DNA of 64,000 bases. It comes from a bacterium. GTDB lineage: Bacteria; SZUA-182; DTGQ01; JBLIRR01. A model generated the notes under the pieces. The model did no database searches and was not told the DNA's origin. It saw nothing but the letters and a program-made list of their open reading frames with translations. Position 1 is the stretch's first letter, and every line of letters starts with the position of its first letter. Both the position numbers and the translations under genes were made by a program. The stretch is from positions 6,897-70,896 of the forward strand of contig JBLIRR010000028.1 in NCBI GenBank assembly GCA_049472395.1. The letters are read 5' to 3'. Below, piece by piece: positions 28,503 through 38,287 of the stretch.

Positions 28503-28759
28503 ATGAATGCCTTTTCCTGATTCGTAATACCATAAGGCTTCAGATTAGGCCAAATATTGTTATAATCAACTTCTTCGAAAATCTTCTGTTCAAGTATATT
28601 GTCAAGATCAAGAAAGACTTTATTCTTACTTTCAATTTTATCGAAAATAATAGTAAGAAGCGCAGTTTTACCTACTCTTCTCATTCCCGTTACAAGGATA
28701 ATTTCAGGTGAATTAATTTGTCTTTCAATAGATTTTAATAATAACCGCGGATATCGCAT
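28503..28759 (-). pseudogene. N-terminal fragment of an AAA_14/DUF4143-type ATPase
   Basis: MRYPRLLLKSIERQINSPEIILVTGMRRVGKTALL...EKAFIF (Walker A, up to just before Walker B). The remainder of the tracked ORF (to 28394) is antisense of neighbouring genes. Confidence 0.6.
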
Positions 28760-29045
28760 ACTATTGTAGTATATGTTTTTTAAAAAATTTGTTAAGTAGT
28801 ATTGAACAAAACAACATAAAATAAACTTTATCCCTCTGCCTGATATAAACCAAATGGTGGTGTAACAGTGTTTTCTCTCTCATAGATCTTTAAAATCTCT
28901 GTATATATAATTAAGCAATAAATTTTATAAATAAGCGTTCATATGTAAAATAACTTATTATCTTTGAGGTGGAGCCAAGGCAATTGCATTAAAAATTTTA
29001 TCCCTTGCAATTAACTATATCCTGCAAGGGTATAAAGTGGGCTTT

Positions 29046-29602
29046 TTAAATTAACCACAGAGAGCACAGAGGACACGGAGATTCATACTCCCTCTGTGAT
29101 CTCCTGTGATCTCTGAGAGTTAAGTAAGTTACAATATCTTCTTGGCTGCAATCAAACTCCCGGCAGACTGCCTGTATCACCTTTTCAGGCGATACTTTCG
29201 GTTTGAGCTTATTTAATTGAGGAATTTTTTTTCCTCTTGCCTGCCTGACAGAAACCTTTCTTTGATCCAATTTACAAAATCCGTATCCCCAAGGATAAAA
29301 CCTTCAATTAGATACTTGCTCGGATTTTCAAGGACTTTGATATCGACATTTTCAACAAGTTGCTTATAGTTTCGTCTGGCTTCTTTTTTACTTTTTCCAA
29401 AACTAGACAATAAACAGTTTGTTTCGAGAAATACAGGTACCTTTTGATGACCAATATACGCACAGTAGGTGCTCCATCGATGCTCAGCGGGCAAAGAAAC
29501 CATTTTGGCTCTCACCGGATTCAAATGGATATAACGCGACAAGTGCTTAAGGTACTCATCTGCATCAATCAACATTGCCTTAAACCTTCCTTGCCGAATT
29601 TG
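29046..29602 (-). pseudogene. REP-associated tyrosine transposase (RAYT/IS200-like + DnaA_C-like HTH) remnant
   Basis: QIRQGRFKAMLIDADEYLKHLSRYIHLNPVRAKMV... lacks the N-terminal HUH part. There is a frameshift at an A8 run (plus-strand T8 at 29226-29233) into ...KIPQLNKLKPKVSPEKVIQAVCREFDCSQEDIV. The tail runs into a CACAGAGG...CCTCTGTG hairpin (29065-29098). Confidence 0.6.
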
Positions 29603-29628
29603 TCAATATTTAATATTTAAGATGTGAC

Positions 29629-29690
29629 CCTTTACTTCTTACTTTACTTCTCTTTACTTTATTACTTTATTTACTTTATTGCATGAAGTA
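29629..29690. repeat. degenerate CTTTACT-type simple repeat
   Basis: CCTTTACTTCTTACTTTACTTCTCTTTACTTTATTACTTTATTTACTTTATT. Confidence 0.7.
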
Positions 29691-29971
29691 TAATTTGGCA
29701 AGCTTAAAAACTCAATAAATTGAATGGCTACGAATATTCGGGAAGGACAACTTGAAAAAACTTGGAAATCAATTTATAAACAGATTGCATGAACATACAA
29801 ATATAATAATAATCTATAATAAGAATCACGACGTGATAGAAATGAAGAGTCTTTACTCATCTGCCGACTTCATATAAAGTGATACAGTGGATAACTGAAA
29901 ATAAATTATTGCTCTATCAAATGAATCCGAAAGGGGATCTTTCATGAAAATTAATAAATGAGACCTAACCA

Positions 29972-31237
29972 ATGAGCCAGAACTTAAGAATACGAAACGG
30001 TAGTATCAGAAGAATCATCTCTCTTACAATAATAATGTTATTTTTGTGGACTTCCGGTTCTGCAATGACCCATGTGGAATCAGTACCACAAACAGTAAAG
30101 CAGCTGAAGAGATATTATCCCTCTGCTCAGTTCTATATGGTAGATTGGGCAGAATTTCAGGGGGCTTGCTCTTTTTTTCAAGAAAGTAAAGTGATAGTAG
30201 CTCACAATGCAGTGTTTGCGATGCGCAAAGAAATCGTCGTTCTTTATTTCCCTGAGAAAAATTTTTTTCCTCCGAGAGAACTGATGAAAGATTATCCATT
30301 CGTGAAATTTTATGCTGTTGAGGAGGATGAATTTGAATATGCTCAAAGCTTTTGTGCAAAAGAGTCTTCAAATGAAGAAATCCTCATAAAGGAAGAATTC
30401 GAAAGACGCTATTTGGGGATAGAATTTTGCGTAATGAGCAAGGAAACCTTTCAGCGTATAGAACCTCATCTTAAGGAGTATAGGATAATAAGATATGCGG
30501 AAGATAATGGTACATCGGATAAGAAACCCTCTCCGATGCCACACGAGCCATTTGAGACTGACGAGCATTTCTCATCAAATACCTCATGTTTATTTAATAC
30601 TCATTTTACATCAGATAAAGGATGCATTCTCCCTGATGTACCTGATGAGGTGGCAGCGATTCTTTATGTTGTCATTGGTGTAGTGGTGGTTGCTGTTTTG
30701 ATTATCTATGGGGGAAAATATTTCTATGATGTTGCCACAGGCAGGGGTGATTTTCAATATTGGTGGGAAGTTGGCGCGCAATCTACATTTTTCAATAAGG
30801 CAGATAAGGAAACAGCCCTCGGTAGAGGATCGATGGCGGGATTAAAATTTACGTCAGGGATTATTGATCAAGATATTCGGATAGGGCTAGCTGGCGAGGT
30901 GGGGTATCTGGCTGTAAAGCTCAATTCTATGTTCACAAGTAAATTTATTGATATTGATGGACTGTATGGTGTCATAGGACCTGCCATTCGATTGTGTTGG
31001 GGGAAGATAAATCCACATTATCTCTCACTCGAGCTTCTGGCCGGAAGCTCAGAACATGATGAAGTCGGGATTATCAGTACAGCGCGAGCAGGAATAAATT
31101 GGGGAATTATGGAACATATTCGTTTTGGCATAAATGGAGGAGCGATCTATTTTAATCTAAATGAAACTGAGGGCCTTTTTGATGAAGAAGGTGAATTTCG
31201 GTTTATTATTGGCATAGAAGTAGGCTATCGATTTTAG
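29972..31237 (+). CDS. hypothetical membrane/outer-membrane protein
   Basis: 421 aa with an N-terminal hydrophobic segment and an internal TM (AAILYVVIGVVVVAVLIIYGG). C-terminal G/Y-rich beta-strand-like region ending ...GIEVGYRF. Confidence 0.5.
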   Translation: MSQNLRIRNGSIRRIISLTIIMLFLWTSGSAMTHVESVPQTVKQLKRYYPSAQFYMVDWAEFQGACSFFQESKVIVAHNAVFAMRKEIVVLYFPEKNFFPPRELMKDYPFVKFYAVEEDEFEYAQSFCAKESSNEEILIKEEFERRYLGIEFCVMSKETFQRIEPHLKEYRIIRYAEDNGTSDKKPSPMPHEPFETDEHFSSNTSCLFNTHFTSDKGCILPDVPDEVAAILYVVIGVVVVAVLIIYGGKYFYDVATGRGDFQYWWEVGAQSTFFNKADKETALGRGSMAGLKFTSGIIDQDIRIGLAGEVGYLAVKLNSMFTSKFIDIDGLYGVIGPAIRLCWGKINPHYLSLELLAGSSEHDEVGIISTARAGINWGIMEHIRFGINGGAIYFNLNETEGLFDEEGEFRFIIGIEVGYRF

Positions 31238-31267
31238 AATATTCTAAATTCAGCCTCCCAAACCTTT

Positions 31268-31453
31268 ATAACCTCACCGAATACTATATATAAGATTCTT
31301 GATCATCTTCGCCTATGGAAAGACAAGCCTTTTCATGATCCACCTCCATGCGGTCTTGAAGATGCATCTGCGGAGTATGAACCATTATATGATGACGCGC
31401 TGTATTATGATGATCCTTGTATTTCTGTAAATTAAAAGGCTTTAAATTGTACT
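31268..31453 (+). mobile_element. remnant of the 3' end of an IS91-family transposase gene, copy B
   Basis: 186-bp copy of 7591-7776. Reads FITSPNTIYKILDHLRLWKDKPFHDPPPCGLEDASAEYEPLYDDALYYDDPCISVN* (stop 31433-31435). Confidence 0.5.
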
Positions 31454-31782
31454 TTTTACAGCCAGCGGGGTAATACGCTCATTCTTCGACCAATTCTCAT
31501 ATATTTCTTGCTTTTTCTCTGCCTTTTATAAATTTGTCCTTCCTTTTTCTTGTGCCTTGTCAAAATGTCATCATTAGACAATATCAATAAGTTATCGATA
31601 TGACAGGTAAATACTTATTTCATCACTTCTGCTAAAGGAGGAATTTCATTCTTTTTCTGGACTCGGTCATCAATATATTTCCAAAAAGATATTTTCAGTA
31701 TTCATCCATTCTGTTATACCATAAAAATATCATTTTGACCAGCATTTTTTCTCATCACATACTTTTTGAGTATTTACTATTT

Positions 31783-31812
31783 TTGTCGAGTTAATCGAGT
31801 GATTTTCGACAA
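31783..31812. promoter_or_regulatory. inverted repeat TTGTCGA-N16-TCGACAA, possible enhancer site
   Basis: 7-bp arms at 31783-31789 and 31806-31812, centred about 88 bp upstream of the -24 GG at 31885. Confidence 0.3.
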
Positions 31813-31883
31813 TAATGACGAAAGATTTAATTAATAGTCCCCTAAAATATAATAAACTATTGATTTTATGATAGTTATACGAA

Positions 31884-31898
31884 TGGCACAGAGTATGC
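31884..31898 (+). promoter_or_regulatory. candidate sigma-54 (-24/-12) promoter upstream of the IPT/TIG gene
   Basis: TGGCACAGAGTATGC has GG and GC in canonical register. The leader to the ATG at 32153 is long (about 240 nt). Confidence 0.45.
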
Positions 31899-32152
31899 TG
31901 AGATAAACCTATAAATGCAAGCAGAATATAATGCCTATTATGCAGATTTCACCCGATAATCCTGCAACTGAAGATTGTAAGGTAGATTTTATTTGAAAAT
32001 GGCAGGATCTGGCGAAGAAGAACTTCTCATCTCTGATGTTGACATTGATCATACCCACGCTAAGGGATTATTTGAGAAAATTAACTAAATTGAATTATTC
32101 AAATAATAATATTATTGACATGGAGGAATAGATAGTCATTAAAAAATGTAGG

Positions 32153-34012
32153 ATGTGGTTCATCCCATTCATATGCTTTATTTTTATTTTATTGTGTTCT
32201 GATACATATGCGCGACATTTTGATCTCACTTTAGTGCGGCCGGCAGGGACTCCACCAAATCTTTTCTATATGATGTTAGAGGGTAGTCTTACCATAAATG
32301 GCAACGCGCAGGACCCTGATGATGAGGTGGGATTCTTCGTTCAAGTTGATGATGGTAGTTTGAAATTATGCGGCCTTACATTTTCAACGGGGAGCGGTAC
32401 GGGTTATACAGGGAGAGTATTTTCATATCTTTGTGTTGATGATGAACTTGATAATGGAGTTGATGAAGTACCCAAGGATCAGCGTCCATTACAGGTCCGC
32501 TTTTGGGATAGTAGCATGGGGAGTGAACAAATACTCAATTCAAGCAATTTTGCAAATATGAGCCCCTTGATAAAGAATGCGAATGGCGACTTCATTTATA
32601 TGACGAATGATCTTATACCAGATACTTCTCAATCTGATCCATGGAGGATGGATATTATTATTCAGAGCACCATATCCCTCACAGGCGTTACCCCTGCTCT
32701 AATATACAATGATACGCAAAATACATTAACAATTATGGGAGATCAATTCGAAGAGGGAATGAGCGTGAGATTAGGCAGCGGATCTCTGGAATCAGTTACC
32801 TATATTGATAATAATCACATAAGCGCGGTGGTGCCAAAAAATTTTTCTGAAGGTACTTATAATCTAACTGTTAGGACCTCGGATGGGAGAGAAGATATAT
32901 TGTTCAATGTTGTTGAGGTAAAAAGACCTCCCCCATGCGGCATTTTAAAAGTTGAGGAAAAAATATACGGTGAAAATGATCGTTATTGGTGGATAACGAC
33001 AACATGTATTGTAGACGAATCTCTTGAAGTTGTTCTTACCGATGACTATCATAATGAAATAGATTTTGTCGATATAGAATACGCTGGAATGATGATAATT
33101 GCCAAACTTCCTTCCGATGATACATGTCCTCAGGCTGGTGACTATTGGACTTTGCTGAGAAATCCCAGTGGAGCAACTGATGAATATCCAAGTGTTAGGT
33201 TTGCATGTGCAGCTAAACCTTTCATTTCAAAAATTAGTGACTATGGAAATGTATGGATTATTTATACCTCAAATACTAATCAGAATACTGAGGTTAAATT
33301 AGTCAATGAAGATGGCAAAGAGTATGATTTTGCATTGGTTGATAAGGAGCATCTTCCCATAATTGAGGTGGAACTTCCTGATCCTATTACTTTGTGCGGC
33401 ACAAACCATATTCTCTTAAGAAATCCTGGAGGATTAACAGGAGAATATCCGCAGAAAACTGTGGAAGGCACCGGCCCTTGTGAAAAAGAAGTATTGGTGA
33501 ATTTTTCACAGGGCATGAATATATTTGGGCTTCCAATAGAATTAGATACCCCCTTTTCATCGTTTGATCTGATGGATCAGTATTTTTCTCCTGATGAATT
33601 AAATTGTATTCAAGCTTATGTGAGAAATGGTGGAGGAAATCAATGGAAGATATCATATTGGAATTCTTATAATCGACCTGCGGGCACAGAATTTAGTTTG
33701 GAAATTGATAAAGCCTATATTTTGTATATGCATAAAAGCAAAAAAATAACCTTTATAGGCACTCCGCTCAATTCTATGCCTATAGGTGAATTAAAGGAAG
33801 GCATCAATTTGGTAAATTCCTCAGGAGCACCGGATGGTTATTCAGCCTTTGAATTGTTAAGTGATTTAGGTGATGTCAGTAGTGTAACGAGAATAGCCTA
33901 TTTTGATATATTAGATCAGACATGGAAGATGGCGCAATGGTTTTTTGGAAATTTTAAAGGCACAGATTTTACATTACAGAATGGCAGGGGTCATATAATA
34001 TTTGTTCAATAA
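32153..34012 (+). CDS. secreted protein with IPT/TIG (Ig-like) domain
   Basis: 619 aa with a signal peptide (WFIPFICFIFILLCSDTYA). ISLTGVTPALIYNDTQNTLTIMGDQFEEGMSVRLGSG...YNLTVRTSDG is IPT/TIG-like. Repeated Cys-bracketed modules follow. Confidence 0.65.
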   Translation: MWFIPFICFIFILLCSDTYARHFDLTLVRPAGTPPNLFYMMLEGSLTINGNAQDPDDEVGFFVQVDDGSLKLCGLTFSTGSGTGYTGRVFSYLCVDDELDNGVDEVPKDQRPLQVRFWDSSMGSEQILNSSNFANMSPLIKNANGDFIYMTNDLIPDTSQSDPWRMDIIIQSTISLTGVTPALIYNDTQNTLTIMGDQFEEGMSVRLGSGSLESVTYIDNNHISAVVPKNFSEGTYNLTVRTSDGREDILFNVVEVKRPPPCGILKVEEKIYGENDRYWWITTTCIVDESLEVVLTDDYHNEIDFVDIEYAGMMIIAKLPSDDTCPQAGDYWTLLRNPSGATDEYPSVRFACAAKPFISKISDYGNVWIIYTSNTNQNTEVKLVNEDGKEYDFALVDKEHLPIIEVELPDPITLCGTNHILLRNPGGLTGEYPQKTVEGTGPCEKEVLVNFSQGMNIFGLPIELDTPFSSFDLMDQYFSPDELNCIQAYVRNGGGNQWKISYWNSYNRPAGTEFSLEIDKAYILYMHKSKKITFIGTPLNSMPIGELKEGINLVNSSGAPDGYSAFELLSDLGDVSSVTRIAYFDILDQTWKMAQWFFGNFKGTDFTLQNGRGHIIFVQ

Positions 34013-34716
34013 TAGATATAATTTTGTTAAATAATAAAAATATCCATCCATATAGGAAAATCAAAATTATGATGTGCTATTTTCTGTTCAATCTTATCCT
34101 TTGGATTCTTGAGCCAAAGAGAGGAGAGGATAACATCTTTGATTAAGATTTCAAAAGAATAGGTTGGAAGTTTTTTCCTTATTACTCCCGATGTAGGTAA
34201 AGGGGCAGAAGGAATATATACTATAGCTGACGTATTTCGAAGAGTGGAGTTGTAATATCGGTAGGCATATTCTCCCATTGTTCTTCACAAAAATGAAAGG
34301 ATTCGATAGTAACCTGAGTCAAGATGACGCGGCAATTTCCAGGTTATACCCATCATCTGGCCAATAGTATAAAATTGAATGTAGAAAGTGATCAGGTTCT
34401 TTTTTAAGTGAGGGGCTGAACATGACAATCCTCTGTATATCCAAAATGAGATGACTTAATATGAGCAGAGGAATTACCCTCCTGAGGTAAAAAATTCAAG
34501 TTATGCTTCTATGAGTTCTTCAACCAAAGTCAAGGTAATCGCTTCAGCAGTGGCATCAGATCAAAAAGTCACGATTACTGCCTCCTATCTTCACCTTCTA
34601 TCGGTTATAGTTTGGGTGGCGCATCATCTTTGAGCAGTAAATATACAATAGCTCCTTATCAAAGTAGTTATTATTCCGTTGGCAGCTTATTACCTTTGCG
34701 TTTTGGATCGATATAG

Positions 34717-35955
34717 TTGCCTAATTATCACACTAATTATCATATCATGCTTGACAATATTCCAAATATGTCGTACATTTATGGAGATATGTATACAAGA
34801 TTATTAAATCCTACTGTTTCATTTAGCTTTTTTCTATTTGGAGCGAGGGGTGTAGGCAAAACTACCTATCTTCAAAATTACTTTGAACCTCGGCGAACAT
34901 ATTGGTTCGATTTGTTAGATATAGAGCTTGAAGATCGTCTCATAAAAAATCCCCGGCTTTTCTCGGAAATCCTCTCTTCTTTAGAAAAAGATATATCGTA
35001 TATTATCATTGATGAAATTCAAAAAATACCTAAGCTGCTTGACCTTGTCCATCAATTCCTCCAGAAAAATCCAGACAGGTTTAAGTTTATTTTAACCGGT
35101 TCAAGTGCCAGAAAATTAAAAAGGGGGGGAGCTAATATGCTTGCGGGGAGAGCTTTCGTGTATTACATGTTTCCGCTCTGTTATTCTGAACTAAATCATG
35201 ATTTTAATTTAAACGAATACTTAAAATATGGTGGGCTGCCTCAGATATACAAATTTCGGAACGACGAAGAAAAAAATCACTTTCTTAAAGCCTACGCCCT
35301 TACTTATCTAAAAGAAGAAGTATGGGCAGAGCATTTGATCCAAAAATTAGATCCTTTTCGTAATTTTCTCGAAGTCGCTGCACAATGTAATGGAGATATC
35401 ATTAATTATTCAAAAATTGCACGACAAAGCGGGGTTACTATAAAGACGGTTCAAGTTTATTTTGATATCTTAAAAGAAACTCATATTGGCATCATACTCG
35501 ATACCTATCATAGTTCTGTCCGGAAAAGACTAATAAGCTCCCCTAAATTTTATTTCCTGGATACAGGTATAAAGCGTGCTTTAGATAACACATTACATGT
35601 AGACTTACCTGAACATACCTATGCTTACGGAAAGGCTTTTGAACATTTTGTAATAACCCAGATTTTCTTTCTGAACGAATATTTACAAAAGGATTACCAC
35701 TTTTTTTATTTAAAGACAAAAGATGGTGCGGAAATTGATCTTATTATAGAAAAATCTGATAAGCAGAAGCTACTCATTGAGATTAAATCAACTGACAGAT
35801 CCGAAGAAGTCGATGTTAATAATTTACGAAAATTCCAGAGGGATATTCCAGATTCAAAGGCATATTGTATTACTAGAGATAAATATAAAAGAAAGAAAGG
35901 CACTATTGAATTTTTTCCATGGGATCAAGCTTTCGAAGAAATATTTAGGAAATAA
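34717..35955 (+). CDS. AAA+ ATPase (AAA_14 plus DUF4143-type)
   Basis: Walker A GARGVGKTT, Walker B IIIDEIQKIP, DUF4143-like C-terminal half. The true start is probably an internal ATG (34747 or about 34792), because the tracked start is TTG. Confidence 0.8.
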   Translation: MPNYHTNYHIMLDNIPNMSYIYGDMYTRLLNPTVSFSFFLFGARGVGKTTYLQNYFEPRRTYWFDLLDIELEDRLIKNPRLFSEILSSLEKDISYIIIDEIQKIPKLLDLVHQFLQKNPDRFKFILTGSSARKLKRGGANMLAGRAFVYYMFPLCYSELNHDFNLNEYLKYGGLPQIYKFRNDEEKNHFLKAYALTYLKEEVWAEHLIQKLDPFRNFLEVAAQCNGDIINYSKIARQSGVTIKTVQVYFDILKETHIGIILDTYHSSVRKRLISSPKFYFLDTGIKRALDNTLHVDLPEHTYAYGKAFEHFVITQIFFLNEYLQKDYHFFYLKTKDGAEIDLIIEKSDKQKLLIEIKSTDRSEEVDVNNLRKFQRDIPDSKAYCITRDKYKRKKGTIEFFPWDQAFEEIFRK

Positions 35956-36223
35956 GGAGTTGGATATTAATTATCTTACACCGAACTGTGGGGCAAGGTA
36001 AAAAGCTCGCCCTTACTTCAAGATTACTTACCAGTAAGTCCCTGACTGCATTTTCAGCTGCATTTATTATTGTGATAATAAGTGTCGGCGTAGCGTTTTA
36101 CTGTGCTAATAATCATGGACAAATAAGAAAGCCGATATCCTCTTTACACAGGTAGGCAATCAAGGAGGGCATTAGGGCATTGCGGCAAGCGCATTCTCAA
36201 ACCTACGGTCCTTCCCGAATTGC

Positions 36224-36415
36224 TATCAACTTGAATTACTTGATTTGGGAGAAAAGCAAAGACGCGCTATAGAAGCTTTCCAAGGGGGATATATAAGTAT
36301 TGGAAAACTTGCGGAAGAGATGGAAATGAACGTTTTAAAAATCAGAAAATGGTTGGAAGAACATGATATCCCTCAGAATAATTCATTTCTGGAAGATGAC
36401 GTAAAGAATGCCTGA
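36224..36415 (+). pseudogene. UPF0175-family antitoxin, 5'-truncated
   Basis: ..AIEAFQGGYISIGKLAEEMEMNVLKIRKWLEEHDIPQNNSFLEDDVKNA* with no start codon. Overlaps the next ORF by ATGCCTGA. Confidence 0.45.
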
Positions 36416-36659
36416 ATCGAAATGGATTTTCGATACTGTTGTACTTAGTAATTTTCTTCTTTCGGATTCGATATTTATCCTTGAGAAACGCTATCACAAA
36501 CGTGGAATTATCACGTGGGAAGTATTTGACGAACTCTCTGCAGGAATTTTTGAATATCCAAAACTAAAAATCATTCAAAAACTCATCGATAAAAAAACCT
36601 TTAACCCAAATTTCGCAATCGGGTTAAAAATAACCAGAAAGAAAAAAATTCATGGTTAA
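36408..36659 (+). pseudogene. PIN-like (DUF3368-type) toxin, probably 3'-truncated
   Basis: 83 aa. WIFDTVVLSNFLLSDSIFILEKRY.....V.DEL resembles the N-terminus of PIN-like partners of UPF0175. The C-terminal catalytic part is missing. Confidence 0.35.
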
Positions 36660-36740
36660 TAAAATCAAATAGATACAAGATTATCTAAATTATTAAATAT
36701 TAAATAAAACAAAATGATATAATAAAAGAGGAGAAGAATT

Positions 36741-37229
36741 ATGGTTAAAAAAAGTGCCGGATTGCTCATGTATCGTTTTAAGAATTCAAGGTTGGAAGTC
36801 TTTTTGGTCCATCCTGGAGGCCCCTTCTGGAGCAAAAAAGATGAAGGAGCATGGTCTATACCTAAGGGTGAATATACGGATGAAGAAGAACCATTTGATG
36901 TAGCTAAACGTGAGTTTAAGGAAGAAACCGGTTATGAAGCTGACGGCAATTTTATACCACTTACACCAATAAAACAACCAAGTAGGAAAATTGTTACTGC
37001 TTGGGCGTTTGAAGGTGATTGCGATGAGAGTAAAACAAGAAGCAATACATTTACAATAGAATGGCCACCTCACTCTGGAAAGCAAGCTGAATTCCCTGAG
37101 GTAGACAGGGCAGAATGGTTCCCGATAGAACCCGCAAAAAAAAAGCTTTTAAAGGGTCACGTAGGATTTATTGAACAACTTTGTGAGAAGTTGAAATATG
37201 ATCCTAATAATGATTCTAATGAAGAATAA
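36741..37229 (+). CDS. NUDIX hydrolase
   Basis: 162 aa. Nudix box GEYTDEEEPFDVAKREFKEETGY. SD GAGGAG upstream. Confidence 0.9.
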   Translation: MVKKSAGLLMYRFKNSRLEVFLVHPGGPFWSKKDEGAWSIPKGEYTDEEEPFDVAKREFKEETGYEADGNFIPLTPIKQPSRKIVTAWAFEGDCDESKTRSNTFTIEWPPHSGKQAEFPEVDRAEWFPIEPAKKKLLKGHVGFIEQLCEKLKYDPNNDSNEE

Positions 37230-37504
37230 AAATCGACTATTATAGGCTCCCCAGCTATCCCTTAAGAATTGTAATAAACAGAAACCTATTAATATATTTA
37301 AAATTATAATTATAAATAATTCCGAGTTAATCATGGTCAAAGCCTCCCTCTAGCCGTTTAAGGGTTAAAAACTTCACATAGGAACTCCGTCCTGAAGAGT
37401 TCCAAAGCCGTTTAATTTTGAGATCTATGCCTCAAACTTGACATAACGTCATCGCATCCAACGAAAATATAGGCACCACACCCGCCCCTGGTGGGTGGCA
37501 ATTA

Positions 37505-38134
37505 GTGACCGACCCAGAACATCTGCGACGGCTAAATCAGGCCGAGACCATCGTACGAAACGTGGTCGGTAACCGCAACTGCCGAAATTATTTCCGCGAC
37601 AACTGCACAAATGGTGCTGGTGCAAATGCCCTGCAACAGGCCTTCAACAATGCTCGAATCTATCACATGCCGACGGATGACAACGTTTTCGGAGCACAAT
37701 CCGGTACTTCCCCCAACATTGCCTTCAACCTTCGTGCCTTCCGGATTGGTCCCAATATGATGGCCTCCACCCTGCTGCACGAAATGTTCCACACTTGCGA
37801 TCCAAATTTTGACGCCCTAGACGAACTGGACGCGGAAAACGCAGTGGAGACCTGTCGCCTGCATACGCCCTGGATTGACACCGTTTCCCCGCGTAGCGGC
37901 GCGGTTGGCAGCCGCGTGACCATCCGTGGCTGGGGCTTTGGCCCTACCCGTGGGCCTTCTGATGAGGTGCGCATCGGTGGAGTTACTGCGCCGATTGTGA
38001 GTTGGGTTTTCATGACAGACAATTCATCACGCGTGGAGATCGTCGCTGAAGTCCCAGCAGGCGCCTCTGCGGGAGGCGTTGTCGTCATCAATAACCGTGT
38101 GACAAGCAACACCAGTAGATTCGCTGTGGTTTAG
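37505..38134 (+). CDS. HExxH zincin-like domain fused to a C-terminal IPT/TIG domain (GC-rich, probably foreign; 5' end uncertain)
   Basis: LLHEMFHTCDP metalloprotease-type motif. C-terminal VSPRSGAVGSRVTIRGWGFG...VVVINNRVTSN IPT/TIG pattern. The frame is open from 37441 with no ATG (tracked start is GTG). Codon third positions are GC-rich, unlike the neighbours. Confidence 0.55.
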   Translation: MTDPEHLRRLNQAETIVRNVVGNRNCRNYFRDNCTNGAGANALQQAFNNARIYHMPTDDNVFGAQSGTSPNIAFNLRAFRIGPNMMASTLLHEMFHTCDPNFDALDELDAENAVETCRLHTPWIDTVSPRSGAVGSRVTIRGWGFGPTRGPSDEVRIGGVTAPIVSWVFMTDNSSRVEIVAEVPAGASAGGVVVINNRVTSNTSRFAVV

Positions 38135-38287
38135 GTTAATACCCATAGACGGGATAAAAAAAACTGTAATTTGTAGAGCGTTTTTCATTAGGGACAAGGA
38201 TATATTCGAATTTATATAGTTGAGCACCTTTTTTGGGATTTGTCTTTGATCCTGTCACAAATAAATACGAAACTGCCCTCTGAGCAA

